A stretch of DNA of 64,000 bases from Alphaproteobacteria bacterium (GCA_964291395.2 OZ219858.1:1120001-1184000), one strand, 5' to 3'; positions 20,150 through 30,304 are shown, counted from the stretch's first letter. The notes: generated by a model not told the origin, from the sequence alone. Numbers and translations: made by a program.

Positions 20150-22117
20150 TTAGAGCGTGCGGGCGACGCGCACGGCATCAGTGGTCGCCGCCCAAAGGCC
20201 ACGCGGGGCGAGGCAATCCCCGACGGCGGTCGCGTTTTCCGGAAAGGGGTTCGACGCCGATCCGGTCGAGAGGATGATCTGATCAAAAGGACCGAGGCGC
20301 CGCCCCCCTCTAAGCGTGAGGTGGTTGTCTTCAATGGCCTCCACGAGGGCGCCTGCCTCAACGTGTATGGCGGCCTGACTGAGTCGTTCGGCGGCGCCCG
20401 CGAGTTCCCGCGTGAAATCCAGTTGGCTCTCCCCAAGCCGGAGTTCCGTGGTGACAACGGTGACATTGTCGACGGTGGCCGCTGCGGCGAGCGTTTCCGC
20501 CAAGGACACTGCGGGCCAGCCCCCTTCTTCGTCGATGACCGCCACTGAACCCGCGGCAGTTGCTGCGCCTGACATGATGTCCCGACCGTGCACCAACCCG
20601 CCGCTCCCGGGAATGCCTTGAACGAGGAACGGACGGAGGCGGAGCACAGCCGTCTGGCTGGCCGTCGAGCCGGTAGCCCAAATCAGGTGGTCGGCTTGCA
20701 GCGAGTTGTTGTCGTCAATCGCTTCACCGAGATGGACCTGCACGCCGAGCCGATCAAGCTCGTCCTTCCACCAGGCAATCACGGGAAGCATTTCGGATCG
20801 ATGGGGCGACCGCGCCGCGAGCAGCATCTGGCCACCAAGTTCGGAACCTGCCTCATGCAGGTGTACCGAATGGCCACGCAACCCGCACTGCCGGCTCACC
20901 TCTAGTCCCGCAGGACCGCCGCCCACCACGGCAACCTTTGTGCCTTTCGGTCCGCGCTTGATCGCCGGAAAATCGATCTCCCGCCCGGCCAAAGGGTTGA
21001 TCACACAAGATCCTGGGATCCCGCGAAAGGCGAAGCCGGCGCAAGCCTGACTGCAGGACATGCACGGCCGGATCGTGGACTCGCGCCCGGCCATTATCTT
21101 CTTCATCCACTCAGGCTCGGCGATCCACGTTCGCGCCATGGCCACAACATCCGCCGACCCGTCTGCGATGACTTTCTCGGCTTCGGACGCCGTGCGGATG
21201 CGTCCCGCGATGATGATCGGTGTAGTCATCGCAGCCTTGAACCGTGCGCCCTCTGCGGCAAGTTGCGACCGTTTCGTGTCCATGGGTGGGATGGTCTCGT
21301 GGCCCGCCCATCGGGATCCGGACAACAGGCTGACCCAATCCGTCAAACCGCGCTCCGATATCATCTGCATCGCCTCAATCGAGTTCTCGATCGTGTAGTC
21401 GATTGGGGCGTGCGGCAGGTGATGCGACGTCGAGGTACGTACACCGACGGCGATTTGGCCGGCGACGGCGTCGCGGATTGTTTCGAGGATCTCGACGACG
21501 ATACGCATCCGGTTCTTGGCGCTGCCGCCGTATTCGTCGTCCCGATGGTTCAGAGCCGGCGACAGGAAAGATCCCACGAGATAGCCGGTTGCGGTCTGTA
21601 CCTCGACGGCGTCGAGACCGGCGCGCGCGCACCGCGAGGCCGCGGTGCCGTATGCCGCTACGATTTCGCGAATTTCGGACCGCAAAAGCGCTCGCGGCGT
21701 CTCGCGCGACAAATTCGGAATTTGCGAGGCGGAAACCGCCGGCATTCCGTCGAGGAAACTGACGTTGTGACCGCCGTGCCAAAGGGTGATCGACAGCTTC
21801 GATCCGTGTCTGTGAATCTGGTCCGCAAGGCGCGCCAAGCTCGGAATCACAGCATCATCGAACAGTCGAATGTCCAAGGTCTTAGTCCCCGAACTTTTGT
21901 GAATGGGCGCAGATTCCGTGCCGACGAGGGCGGCCCCGCCTTTCGCCCGCTCAACAAGATAGCGCTGATAGCGGCGGCTCACTTTTCCCGATTTGTCGCC
22001 CAGGCCCAACTGGTGGGCGCTCATGACGGCACGGTGCGCCAGAGTCATCGGACCGAGCTTGACCGGCGCCAGCAAATGCGGATAGCGGTTCTTGGGGTCG
22101 GGCCCTGCCTCGTTCAT
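20150..22117 (-). CDS. NADH:flavin oxidoreductase (OYE TIM barrel + 4Fe-4S + FAD domain; DgcA/StcD/FadH-like)
   Basis: RAKGGAAL, GYL..FLSP..N.RDDEYGGS, RPCMSCSQAC...CVINP, VVGGGPAGLE. Confidence 0.9.
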   Translation of the reverse strand: MNEAGPDPKNRYPHLLAPVKLGPMTLAHRAVMSAHQLGLGDKSGKVSRRYQRYLVERAKGGAALVGTESAPIHKSSGTKTLDIRLFDDAVIPSLARLADQIHRHGSKLSITLWHGGHNVSFLDGMPAVSASQIPNLSRETPRALLRSEIREIVAAYGTAASRCARAGLDAVEVQTATGYLVGSFLSPALNHRDDEYGGSAKNRMRIVVEILETIRDAVAGQIAVGVRTSTSHHLPHAPIDYTIENSIEAMQMISERGLTDWVSLLSGSRWAGHETIPPMDTKRSQLAAEGARFKAAMTTPIIIAGRIRTASEAEKVIADGSADVVAMARTWIAEPEWMKKIMAGRESTIRPCMSCSQACAGFAFRGIPGSCVINPLAGREIDFPAIKRGPKGTKVAVVGGGPAGLEVSRQCGLRGHSVHLHEAGSELGGQMLLAARSPHRSEMLPVIAWWKDELDRLGVQVHLGEAIDDNNSLQADHLIWATGSTASQTAVLRLRPFLVQGIPGSGGLVHGRDIMSGAATAAGSVAVIDEEGGWPAVSLAETLAAAATVDNVTVVTTELRLGESQLDFTRELAGAAERLSQAAIHVEAGALVEAIEDNHLTLRGGRRLGPFDQIILSTGSASNPFPENATAVGDCLAPRGLWAATTDAVRVARTL

Positions 22118-22962
22118 GGCGCTACCGTCCCCTCCCGAATCACGCTATTGGCCCACGGCTTTTTCCAAGCGAGCTCGTGACAGCGTCCACCAATTGGCGT
22201 CGCATCTGCCAGGAACTGCAATTCGTCGGCGAACGGTCGGAACGCAACTGGTCCAGACCACAAGTTCTGTACGACCACGTCTTCCATCACCGTGCCGACC
22301 AAACGGCGCGCAACGGTGAGGTCCACGGGATGCATTTGGATCGTCTCAGTGAAATAAAGATTAGCTTCAGCTTGTAGGGGAAATGCAGGCGGCTGGCCGC
22401 ATTCGCCGGGAATATCTCCCGCGCGTTCCAATTCGACCCGCATTTCGAACAGGGACCGATGCCCCCGTGAGGCTAGGCCCGTCACGACGTCCCCGGCCTG
22501 CCATCCGCGGAAGGGTTGTCGCGAAATGCTGATTTCGCCCCGCCGCTGCCGCCATCCGTACATCTCTCTGCCAACGGCGATTTCAGCGTCGTTGTCCGTC
22601 CACAGGTAGAGCGACCAGTAGGCCGGTTCGCCGTTGTGCCGTGTCATCACGCCGATGACCGCCTCTTTGACTTGGCTCAAATCGGGGTTCTCGAGAACAA
22701 AATTGGGCTCAAGGCCGCAGTCCGATACGAGATCCAACGCGCTGAGGTGCACTACGCCTGCGTCGTCGATCTGCAATGGTGCGGGCAGGTACGGTGCCAG
22801 GATCGCCAGATCGCAGCGGGCGACCACACGCGCCGCGTACCCTTCGAAATGCCATCGGGGCGACCCGTAAAGCGCGTGGCGCCCCTCTAAAGCCGCAGGT
22901 GCGGAAGAAGCACCGCCATGATTTGATGAGTGCGTCACTTTGGAGATGCCCCTCGCCGCCAA
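22114..22962 (-). CDS. Acetoacetate decarboxylase-like protein (start uncertain)
   Basis: YLPAPL, EAVIG, WTDNDAEIAVGREMYGW, WSGP. Confidence 0.8.
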   Translation of the reverse strand: MAARGISKVTHSSNHGGASSAPAALEGRHALYGSPRWHFEGYAARVVARCDLAILAPYLPAPLQIDDAGVVHLSALDLVSDCGLEPNFVLENPDLSQVKEAVIGVMTRHNGEPAYWSLYLWTDNDAEIAVGREMYGWRQRRGEISISRQPFRGWQAGDVVTGLASRGHRSLFEMRVELERAGDIPGECGQPPAFPLQAEANLYFTETIQMHPVDLTVARRLVGTVMEDVVVQNLWSGPVAFRPFADELQFLADATPIGGRCHELAWKKPWANSVIREGTVAP

Positions 22963-23020
22963 ACCACGCCCCGTGGGGGAAGCGGCCCCGCCTAGAAGCC
23001 ATCATACGAAACGGCTCGCT

Positions 23021-23175
23021 TCAGGCGATACCGTTTTCTGAGTAGCCGTCGGCGACAACAAGAACGCTGGCCGTCATGTAGAACGATGCCTCAGAGGCAA
23101 GCAGAAGAAGAACGTCACCCAGTACCGTGTAGTCGCCAGCCCGGCCAAAGGGAACGCGCGCGATCGTCCATGGGC
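23021..23175 (-). pseudogene. SDR oxidoreductase C-terminal fragment
   Basis: RVPFGRAG...LLLLASEASFYMTASVLVVADGYS matches the SDR tail P.GR.G...FLAS..SSY.TG..L.VDGG. Confidence 0.7.
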
Positions 23176-23199
23176 GACAATCGGAGCTACGACGCCGGT

Positions 23200-23500
23200 A
23201 CTCGACGCCAAGCTCAGTGTGATAGCCGCCGGGCATGTAATGAATATCGACTGCGCTCATATAACGTGGAATCGGGAGGTTCGGATCGAGGTGCAGCTCA
23301 CCATCCCATTTCCGCCGGCTGCGATAAATTCGGTCTTGCTTGCTTAGTCCGCCGGTCTGCCGGTCGACACACTGACCGGTACTATCCCAAATCTTTGTCC
23401 TGAGACGTCCGGCAGAGCGAACTCACATACTGATAGAACGGCTATTTCTTGATGGCTTTGCGAATCTCGCTGCGATCCGGCTCCCGCCGGAGCTTTTTTC
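23200..23500 (-). pseudogene. Methyltransferase N-terminal fragment, paralogue of 5007..6191
   Basis: PFYQYVSSLCRTSQ/KIWDSTGQCVDRQ...GELHLDPNLPIPRYMSAVDIHYMPGGYHTE versus PFVQTWSSIARTIQEMNWDTVG...GSLTLDPNLEVPSYNASIDIHCMPGGYHTD. Confidence 0.8.
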
Positions 23501-23549
23501 ATCGCCCGCGGTCGCACCGACCGCTCAGAAACGTGGCGGCTCCCGACGT

Positions 23550-24173
23550 TCAGCGGTTAGAGAGTTCGTCCCACGCCTCCGCAACATCATCGACCGTGAC
23601 GATACGGGCGAACAGTAATCCCAACGTGTTGATCGCATGATCGTGGCGGGATTGTTCCATTTCGGCGGTCGCGTCGGAAACCACAAACGTTCGGTAGTCA
23701 AATTGACTGGCGTCCCGGGCCGTGGTTTCGACGCACATGTTCGTCGTAATGCCGCAAATGACGATGCTCCGTATGCCTTGGTCACGCAGTATGGTATCGA
23801 GTGGGGTTCCAATAAAGGCGCTGGGCCGGTTCTTGTCGATGACGATATCGTTCCCAGCCGGCGCGAGGGCATCAATGATTTCGACGTCCCACGTGCCGGC
23901 GGCGAGGCTGTTCGTCGTCATCGTGTTGGGCAAGAGTTCGCGGACGCGGACGCCGGCATCGCGGTAATCGGCCCGGAAAACGAAGCGCGTCTGGACGATG
24001 GGAACCCGGCTCGTCCTTGCCAGGGCGATCAGGCGGCCGCAAGGTTCGACGGCGGCCCTCAATCTCGTTGTGTCAAAGCCGCGGCGGACCATCGACCCAC
24101 GATCATCGAGAAACGCGTTCTGCATGTCGATGACAAGCAGTGCTGTATCATGCCGATCGAGGGTCATTACCAT
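23550..24173 (-). CDS. Isochorismatase-family cysteine hydrolase (RutB/NicF-like)
   Basis: VIDMQNAF, IDKNRPSAF, GITTNMCVETTARDA (Asp-Lys-Cys triad). Confidence 0.9.
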   Translation of the reverse strand: MVMTLDRHDTALLVIDMQNAFLDDRGSMVRRGFDTTRLRAAVEPCGRLIALARTSRVPIVQTRFVFRADYRDAGVRVRELLPNTMTTNSLAAGTWDVEIIDALAPAGNDIVIDKNRPSAFIGTPLDTILRDQGIRSIVICGITTNMCVETTARDASQFDYRTFVVSDATAEMEQSRHDHAINTLGLLFARIVTVDDVAEAWDELSNR

Positions 24174-24293
24174 GGAGTGGTTCCCTTGCGTTTTCCGACC
24201 GTAGCATACGGCGCCGGCGGTGGGTAACGGCGCAGCGATCAGCCGCCGTAATGGGCCCGGGGCGTTTGGTCATTTCGTGCGGGCGCTGGCGGC

Positions 24294-25922
24294 ATGACCG
24301 AACAAATCGAGGCGGACTACATCGTCGTCGGCGCCGGGTCCGCAGGTTGTGTAGTGGCCACTCGCTTGTCCGAGGATTCCGGCGCACGCGTTCTCCTTCT
24401 CGAGGCTGGTGGTGCCGACTGGAATCCCCTCATCCGCGTGCCATTGCTTACGCGCGTGCTTTTCAATCTTCCATCCCTGAACTGGGGCTACGAGACGGAA
24501 GCCGAGCCAGGGCTCGACGGACGGCGGTTGTTGTGGCCGCGTGGCAAAGTGCTGGGCGGAACGTCGTCGATTAACGGGATGACATATATCAGAGGCCATC
24601 CCCGCGACTTTGACGATTGGAGCGAGGGCGGCTGCGCCGGTTGGGGCTATGAAGATGTGTTGCCCTATTTCCGCCGCTCTGAGCGCAATTCCAAAGGTCC
24701 TCCCTATCACGGCACCGGCGGAGAGATGGGCGTCAGCCGGGTGCCCTTCGTTCATCCCCTTGACATGTGTTTCATGGAGGCCTGTGCAGCCTTGGGGCTG
24801 CCCGGGACGCCGGATTTCAACGGTGCGCAACAGGAGGGCTACGGTCTGCATGACTTCACGATCGATCATGGCCGCCGCCAAAGTACATCGGCTGCCTTTC
24901 TTGCGCCCGTCAAGAGACGTCCGAACCTGAGGATCAAGTTGCGCGCTTTGGCGACACGGGTCGTCGTCGAGCACGGCCGCGCCGCCGCAATCGAGTTCCA
25001 GCGCAACGGACGCATGGGCGTCGCGCGAGCGCATCGCGAAATCATCCTGTGTGGCGGCACCGTAAACTCCCCACAGCTTCTTATGCTCTCCGGCATCGGT
25101 GACCCGGCCGAACTCCGCCGGCACGACATACCCGTCCGCGCGAACTTACCAGGCGTCGGGTCCAATCTGCAGGACCATCTTGGCATCTATGTGGCCGTAG
25201 AATGCACCCAGCCGATCACGCTTCGCCGCCAGCTACGCTACGACCGGGTGGGGCTCTCTGTTGCTCGCGCCTTGCTTCTGTCCACCGGTCCGGCGACGGC
25301 AATCCCAATTAGCGCGTGTGCGTTCCTGCGGACGAGCAGCGATCTAAACATCCCCGACGTGCAGCTGACGCTTCTTCCCGGTTTGGTTTTGAAGAACCCA
25401 TGGCGGAGACCGAATCGGCATGGCTTCATCGTCAACGTCTATCAGCTGCGGCCGCACAGCCGGGGTACCATTGCATTGCGATCGCCCGATCCTGCCGACA
25501 AGCCGGTGATCCGGGGCGGCTACCTCGCGGACCCACGAGATCGGCAGGCCTTACACGACGGCCTGCGGCTCGTGCGCCGCATCATCGCCCAGCGACCGTT
25601 CGAGCCCGTTCGAGGCAAGGAAATCTCTCCAGGCAGCGGCGTAGAGTCGGACGATGCCGTCGACGCCTGGATCAGGGCCAACGCAACGACCTTCTATCAT
25701 CCGGTCGGAACGTGCCGGATGGGCACCGACCCGCACTCGGTTGTCGATGCAGAACTGCGCGTCCGCGGCATCGGAGGCCTCAGGATCGCCGACGCATCAA
25801 TCATGCCGACGATCACAGGCGGCAATACCAATGCCGCGACAATCATGATCGCGGAAAAAGCGTCGGATTTGGTTAGCGGACGCAGCATGGCCCGTGATCC
25901 TTACCCTCAGGCTGGCGCCTAG
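24294..25922 (+). CDS. GMC family oxidoreductase (choline dehydrogenase-like)
   Basis: DYIVVGAGSAG, PRGKVLGGTSSINGM, NLQDH, YHPVGTCRMG, GNTNAATIMIAEK. Confidence 0.93.
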   Translation: MTEQIEADYIVVGAGSAGCVVATRLSEDSGARVLLLEAGGADWNPLIRVPLLTRVLFNLPSLNWGYETEAEPGLDGRRLLWPRGKVLGGTSSINGMTYIRGHPRDFDDWSEGGCAGWGYEDVLPYFRRSERNSKGPPYHGTGGEMGVSRVPFVHPLDMCFMEACAALGLPGTPDFNGAQQEGYGLHDFTIDHGRRQSTSAAFLAPVKRRPNLRIKLRALATRVVVEHGRAAAIEFQRNGRMGVARAHREIILCGGTVNSPQLLMLSGIGDPAELRRHDIPVRANLPGVGSNLQDHLGIYVAVECTQPITLRRQLRYDRVGLSVARALLLSTGPATAIPISACAFLRTSSDLNIPDVQLTLLPGLVLKNPWRRPNRHGFIVNVYQLRPHSRGTIALRSPDPADKPVIRGGYLADPRDRQALHDGLRLVRRIIAQRPFEPVRGKEISPGSGVESDDAVDAWIRANATTFYHPVGTCRMGTDPHSVVDAELRVRGIGGLRIADASIMPTITGGNTNAATIMIAEKASDLVSGRSMARDPYPQAGA

Positions 25923-25931
25923 GGTTGCCCT

Positions 25932-26180
25932 CTAGGACGGGAGATTGAGGATGCGCCGCGCATCGCCCTGAAGATATTTCTGCTTGGCCGTATCCGTAAA
26001 TCCGAGACCGTCGACCATGTTCATGAGTTCGACAAGGGGGTCGCAGCCTGGATACGCGCTGCTGTACAGGATTTGGTCCTCAAGGATGCCATTGGCCGCC
26101 GTCACGATGTCCTGCGCGCCGGGATATCCATAGTGCACGTACTGGCTCGGCACGAGGTTCACGTTTGACTGCTCGTAGGC
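25932..26180 (-). pseudogene. Amidohydrolase_2 C-terminal fragment truncated by IS21 remnant
   Basis: ANGILEDQILYSSAYP...KQKYLQGDARRILNL. Confidence 0.65.
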
Positions 26181-26186
26181 GAGGCC

Positions 26187-26283
26187 GATCGCATCACCCA
26201 GCACGTCCACATCCTGGAGATGAACGGCGAGAGCTACAGACTCTGCGAAAGCCGACCGCAGCGTCGACGCCCGACCGAATAAC
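26187..26283 (+). mobile_element. IS21-family IstB C-terminal fragment
   Basis: DRITQHVHILEMNGESYRL; an IS21-like end TGTTGATCGGCG also starts at 26347. Confidence 0.8.
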
Positions 26284-26451
26284 CCCACCTGCCCCGTGGG
26301 CCCACAGGCACATCCCACGCGGACTGTGTTATTTCTTTGAAATTAGTGTTGATCGGCGCCAGAGTGTGACCCTACAGGGTCAAAGTCAGGCGCCGAAAAC
26401 AAGCAATGGCAGTAGCGGCAACTACTCGCGAAAGTGAATGCAGGGGAACAA

Positions 26452-27342
26452 TCACCTCTGCATTCCCCACAAATCGACGGTGCGCTTCTCGATACCTCGA
26501 AAAATTACAGTCTCTACTAGCAGTCCAATGATTATCACAACGAACAATCCGGCGAAAACACGTGAAGTTTCGAGATGGGCACGAGCTTCAAAAATATACC
26601 ATCCGATCCCGCCAGATCGTGACGAGACACCAAATATCAATTCGGCAGCAACCAAAGTGCGCCACGCAAATGCCCACCCAATTTTCATTCCTGCCAGGAT
26701 TGAGGGAAACGCCGCGGGTATGAGAATAAGAGCGATATAAAGTGGACCACTCAGACCGAAATTACGTCCACTCATCCGCAATGTTTCCGGAACAGCACGG
26801 AACCCTGTCAACGTGTTCAGGGCAACAGCCCACAGGACCGAATGTATCAGAATGAACACGAGAGAAGCTGGGCCCAAACCAAACCAGATCAAGGCCAAGG
26901 GTAGCAATGCGATTGCTGGGAGAGGGTTGAACATGGCGGTGAGTGTCGACAAGAGCCGTGCGCCTACTTCAGTCGCCACCGCGAGCGCTGTGAACAACCC
27001 GGCGCAGGCGAGCCCGAGCACATACCCCATTGCCAAGGTGCTCAGGGATGTTTGGATACGGTCTGGCAGAAATCCACTGGCTACGTCCTCATAGAATACA
27101 CGCAACGTCTCCGTGAAAGTCGGGAACAAGAGCGGATTATCAAGAAAAATTGCATAGATCTGCCATGTCGTGATCAACCCCAGCAGAATCGCCACACGTT
27201 GGGCGAAATCGCTGCGCAAAACGCGACTCACCAGAGACAAGGGGCGTTCGTATGCCGTGTTGCTGTCGACTTCGATGGGCTGGCACTCGAAATCAGGCCT
27301 TTCGGCATGTTTCGAGGCCTTACTGACAGAGTGGTCGCTCAT
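26452..27342 (-). CDS. ABC transporter permease (SsuC/TauC/NitT type)
   Basis: NPLPAIALLPLALIWFGLG, IGWAFAWRTLVAAEL. Confidence 0.92.
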   Translation of the reverse strand: MSDHSVSKASKHAERPDFECQPIEVDSNTAYERPLSLVSRVLRSDFAQRVAILLGLITTWQIYAIFLDNPLLFPTFTETLRVFYEDVASGFLPDRIQTSLSTLAMGYVLGLACAGLFTALAVATEVGARLLSTLTAMFNPLPAIALLPLALIWFGLGPASLVFILIHSVLWAVALNTLTGFRAVPETLRMSGRNFGLSGPLYIALILIPAAFPSILAGMKIGWAFAWRTLVAAELIFGVSSRSGGIGWYIFEARAHLETSRVFAGLFVVIIIGLLVETVIFRGIEKRTVDLWGMQR

Positions 27343-28136
27343 GTCGTCTCTGGCTCGGGGGTAGTTGTGGGAACGTATTCCGAATCGACCAACAGACCAT
27401 GAATTCTTTTCGCCATTACACCGAAATTAGTCTGGTCGATGTTATCGAAACTGAATTGATCTGCGTTGAATTCCGCCCGCACCCGCCCGGGGTGTGGCGA
27501 CAAGACCAGGATTCGGGACCCGATGAGCAACGCTTCCTCAATCGAGTGGGTCACAAACAGGACCGTGAAACGGACCTGGTCCCATAGTTCCAATAGTTCC
27601 TGCTGCATGTTGCGGCGGCTAAGGGCATCGAGAGCCGCGAAGGGCTCGTCCATCAGGAGGATGTCCGGTTCCAACGCCAAGGCTCGTGCGATAGCCACTC
27701 GCATCTTCATGCCGCCGGACAACATGTGTGGGTAGGCATCCGCGAACGCGCCGAGTTTGACGGTATCGATCACGGCAGTTGCCCGTTCCTGTGTCTCCTT
27801 ATGAGAAAACTTGCGCGTGACGCGCATAGGAAAAAGTACGTTCTGCCTTACAGTCTTCCAAGGCATGAGTTGCTCGAATTCCTGAAATACCATCATCCGA
27901 TCCGGACCCGGTCCTTCAATGCGCCGCCCAGCGATGGTCATGCGGCCTTCCACCGGTTCCATGAATCCGCCAACCGCCTTTAGAAGGGTCGACTTGCCGC
28001 ATCCGGAGGGTCCGAGAATTACGAACCTATCGGCTTTGTGGACTGCAAAATCAACCTTGTATGTAGCAGTGACAAGATCGCGGGCTGTATTGTACTGCAG
28101 TGTGACCCCGTCAACGTTGAGCAATATTTCCGTCAT
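27339..28136 (-). CDS. ABC transporter ATP-binding protein (SsuB/TauB type)
   Basis: GPSGCGKST, LSGGMKMR, MDEPFAALD, FVTHSIEEA. Confidence 0.93.
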   Translation of the reverse strand: MTEILLNVDGVTLQYNTARDLVTATYKVDFAVHKADRFVILGPSGCGKSTLLKAVGGFMEPVEGRMTIAGRRIEGPGPDRMMVFQEFEQLMPWKTVRQNVLFPMRVTRKFSHKETQERATAVIDTVKLGAFADAYPHMLSGGMKMRVAIARALALEPDILLMDEPFAALDALSRRNMQQELLELWDQVRFTVLFVTHSIEEALLIGSRILVLSPHPGRVRAEFNADQFSFDNIDQTNFGVMAKRIHGLLVDSEYVPTTTPEPETT

Positions 28137-28295
28137 ACCTTGCGGCTCGCCCACATCTTACGTAGAAGATTTAAGATTTCATTTCATCGATGACAATAAG
28201 AAATCCATTTACCTCCAAGATATGTTTCGATTATCCTCAAACACACATATGAGAATAGAGATATCTATCTCAAAAAACGCCTTCCGCCATATTCG

Positions 28296-29264
28296 TCATT
28301 GTATGAATCCAAAAAGCTCCTCCGCCGTTCCTCCAAGCACAGCCTTCATATCTGCATGCGATATGCCCGAGTCCGCGACGACAGCTAGTGACCGCGTGTA
28401 GAAGTCGTCTTCCGTTTGAACAGCCCGCCACGATTGTTCCCAATCTGTCCCAAACATGACTCTGTTCGAACCAATTTCGGACACCGCCCGTGCCACGTGC
28501 TCAGGTCTGCTCTGTACCGTATCGAGATAAACATTCGGGTGTTTGTAGGCTATCAGAAGACACATTTCGAAAAGGATATCGTATCCACGCCCCATTTTTG
28601 TGATGATGATTGGTACTTCGGGAAAACGTTCAGCGAGATCATCTACAAACAAAGGCATTCCGTGGTACAGCGCGGTCCCGAACTGAGTCCAAGCCGTCAG
28701 GAACATGACGGGCACTTTATGACACGCCATTATTTCCATGAGGGGGATCAGATCTTGTGAAATCCGTTCCGGCGCGGCCTCTGACGTAAAACGACTCAAC
28801 CGGATTTCGCCCATACCTTTGAGGCCTAATTCCGAAACCCAGATGTCTACTTGAGCACCCAATTCCCCGTAGTCAATTGTCGATTGTGGTCCACTATCCT
28901 TCACCTTGTAGACAGGACGAAACAGGCCGACGAGTCGGTCTGGATACCGCTCAACCGCACGAGCAACATCCTCATTGACTCCCCCGACCCCGCGGGATTG
29001 GATCACTGCTTTGTCTATCCCGTGATCGTCCATATCGCGGATCAGTTCATCGGTGAGATCGTCCGTCGACTCGAACATCTCCCGCCAAAGTGCGGGATTC
29101 TTCCAGCGTAGGAGTATCGGGTCACGAAATTCCTTTATGTCGTTGCTGAGGTCGAGCCCACGTTTGCCAAACGGATGGGTGTGTGCGTCGATGATCTTTG
29201 CGTCAGCAGGAATCTTCTCGGCAACGTGAGAGCCTAGTCGATTTGTCGGGCTTCCGGCGTTCAT
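28296..29264 (-). CDS. Amidohydrolase_2 family protein
   Basis: IIDAHTH, YPDRLVG, GMGE, FGTDW, GGTAEELF. Confidence 0.85.
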   Translation of the reverse strand: MNAGSPTNRLGSHVAEKIPADAKIIDAHTHPFGKRGLDLSNDIKEFRDPILLRWKNPALWREMFESTDDLTDELIRDMDDHGIDKAVIQSRGVGGVNEDVARAVERYPDRLVGLFRPVYKVKDSGPQSTIDYGELGAQVDIWVSELGLKGMGEIRLSRFTSEAAPERISQDLIPLMEIMACHKVPVMFLTAWTQFGTALYHGMPLFVDDLAERFPEVPIIITKMGRGYDILFEMCLLIAYKHPNVYLDTVQSRPEHVARAVSEIGSNRVMFGTDWEQSWRAVQTEDDFYTRSLAVVADSGISHADMKAVLGGTAEELFGFIQ

Positions 29265-29511
29265 GATGATGGCCCCTCGAGACTCCAAAAAAACGGCCAG
29301 GTAGGTCCAAGCCAGTGTTGGTCGTTGTGCCTCCTAGCACAAATTGAGTTTTGATTGAGCGATGGGAGGCAGTCTCCTCGCTTTCTCCAGTTGAAGCAGA
29401 TCATGCGAAGCGCTGTCATGGCAATCGAAAATTGGATACTTCAGATGTGGCTTCGTATCTCTTCAAAGCGAGGAGTAGGGATTGTCAAACCCGGTGAAAC
29501 CGCGGGCAACC

Positions 29512-30010
29512 GGTCAAGTCCGAGACGTACTGGAAATTAGCTTGGTGTGTAGGCGCTGAGGTGGTCACAACGAGGCCGTCCCGGGTCTCGTATTCGTGGT
29601 CAAGCCCTCTCTGACGGCGCGTAGCTGACAACGCTCCAGCTCCCTCACCCTGATGGCCAGCCAGTGCTCGGTGGTGCGGATCATGGTACCGAACAAGAGT
29701 TTGAGCAAAGTCTTCTCGTCGAAGACGTTGGGGATAGTCCGAGCCGTCGCACTCCTCGACGAGCAGATGCTCAAGGAGGTTCGTGTTCTTGATCGTACGG
29801 CGATGGGTGATCGGCATGCCCAGGTGTGCGGTACAATCCCTGAAGTCACCCGTGAATTTGGTGATTGCGCTCGGTAGCTCGGCCTCATTGTCGGAAACCA
29901 CACCTGCGGCGAGATCGTGGGCGATGGCACGCGAGGGAGCCTTGTAGTCAGCAGTGACATGGGCCTTGAATTCGGGCCACAGATCGTCCGGCACCTTGGC
30001 CGCTCCGCCG
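29512..30010 (-). mobile_element. IS256-family transposase remnant with terminal repeat
   Basis: YKAPSRAIA...HRRTIKNTNLLEHL(LVEE), frameshifted IPNVFDEKTLLKLLF; end sequence TTTCCAGTACGTCTCGGACTTGACC. Confidence 0.75.
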
Positions 30011-30011
30011 A

Positions 30012-30120
30012 TGTTCACGATATGACAGTACTGGAGTGGGCGGTCGATGAAGGCAACCACCATCATCTCGTCGCCGAGCGCACCTCTCCACTTTTCGAAG
30101 CTGCTGTCTGGGGTCGGCAC
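30012..30120 (-). mobile_element. IS21-family IstB fragment
   Basis: SFEKWRGALGDEMMVVAFIDRPLQYCHIVNI resembles IstB W..LGD..MAAALIDRLLHHCHIVNI. Confidence 0.7.
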
Positions 30121-30304
30121 TGCCGAGGTCCCCTGGTGCCGGGCATCGACATAGTGGGATTAGCCCGGCCCCGTATGAAGGGAAATTTGCCGCGCAGCTT
30201 GCAAGACATCATAATCAAAGGAGCTTCCGTCGGATTGGTAGTGTGCCAGCGTGAGACCCTCAACTGTGCTTCGTCCAGTGGACGATTTGACAAGGAGAGA
30301 CGCG

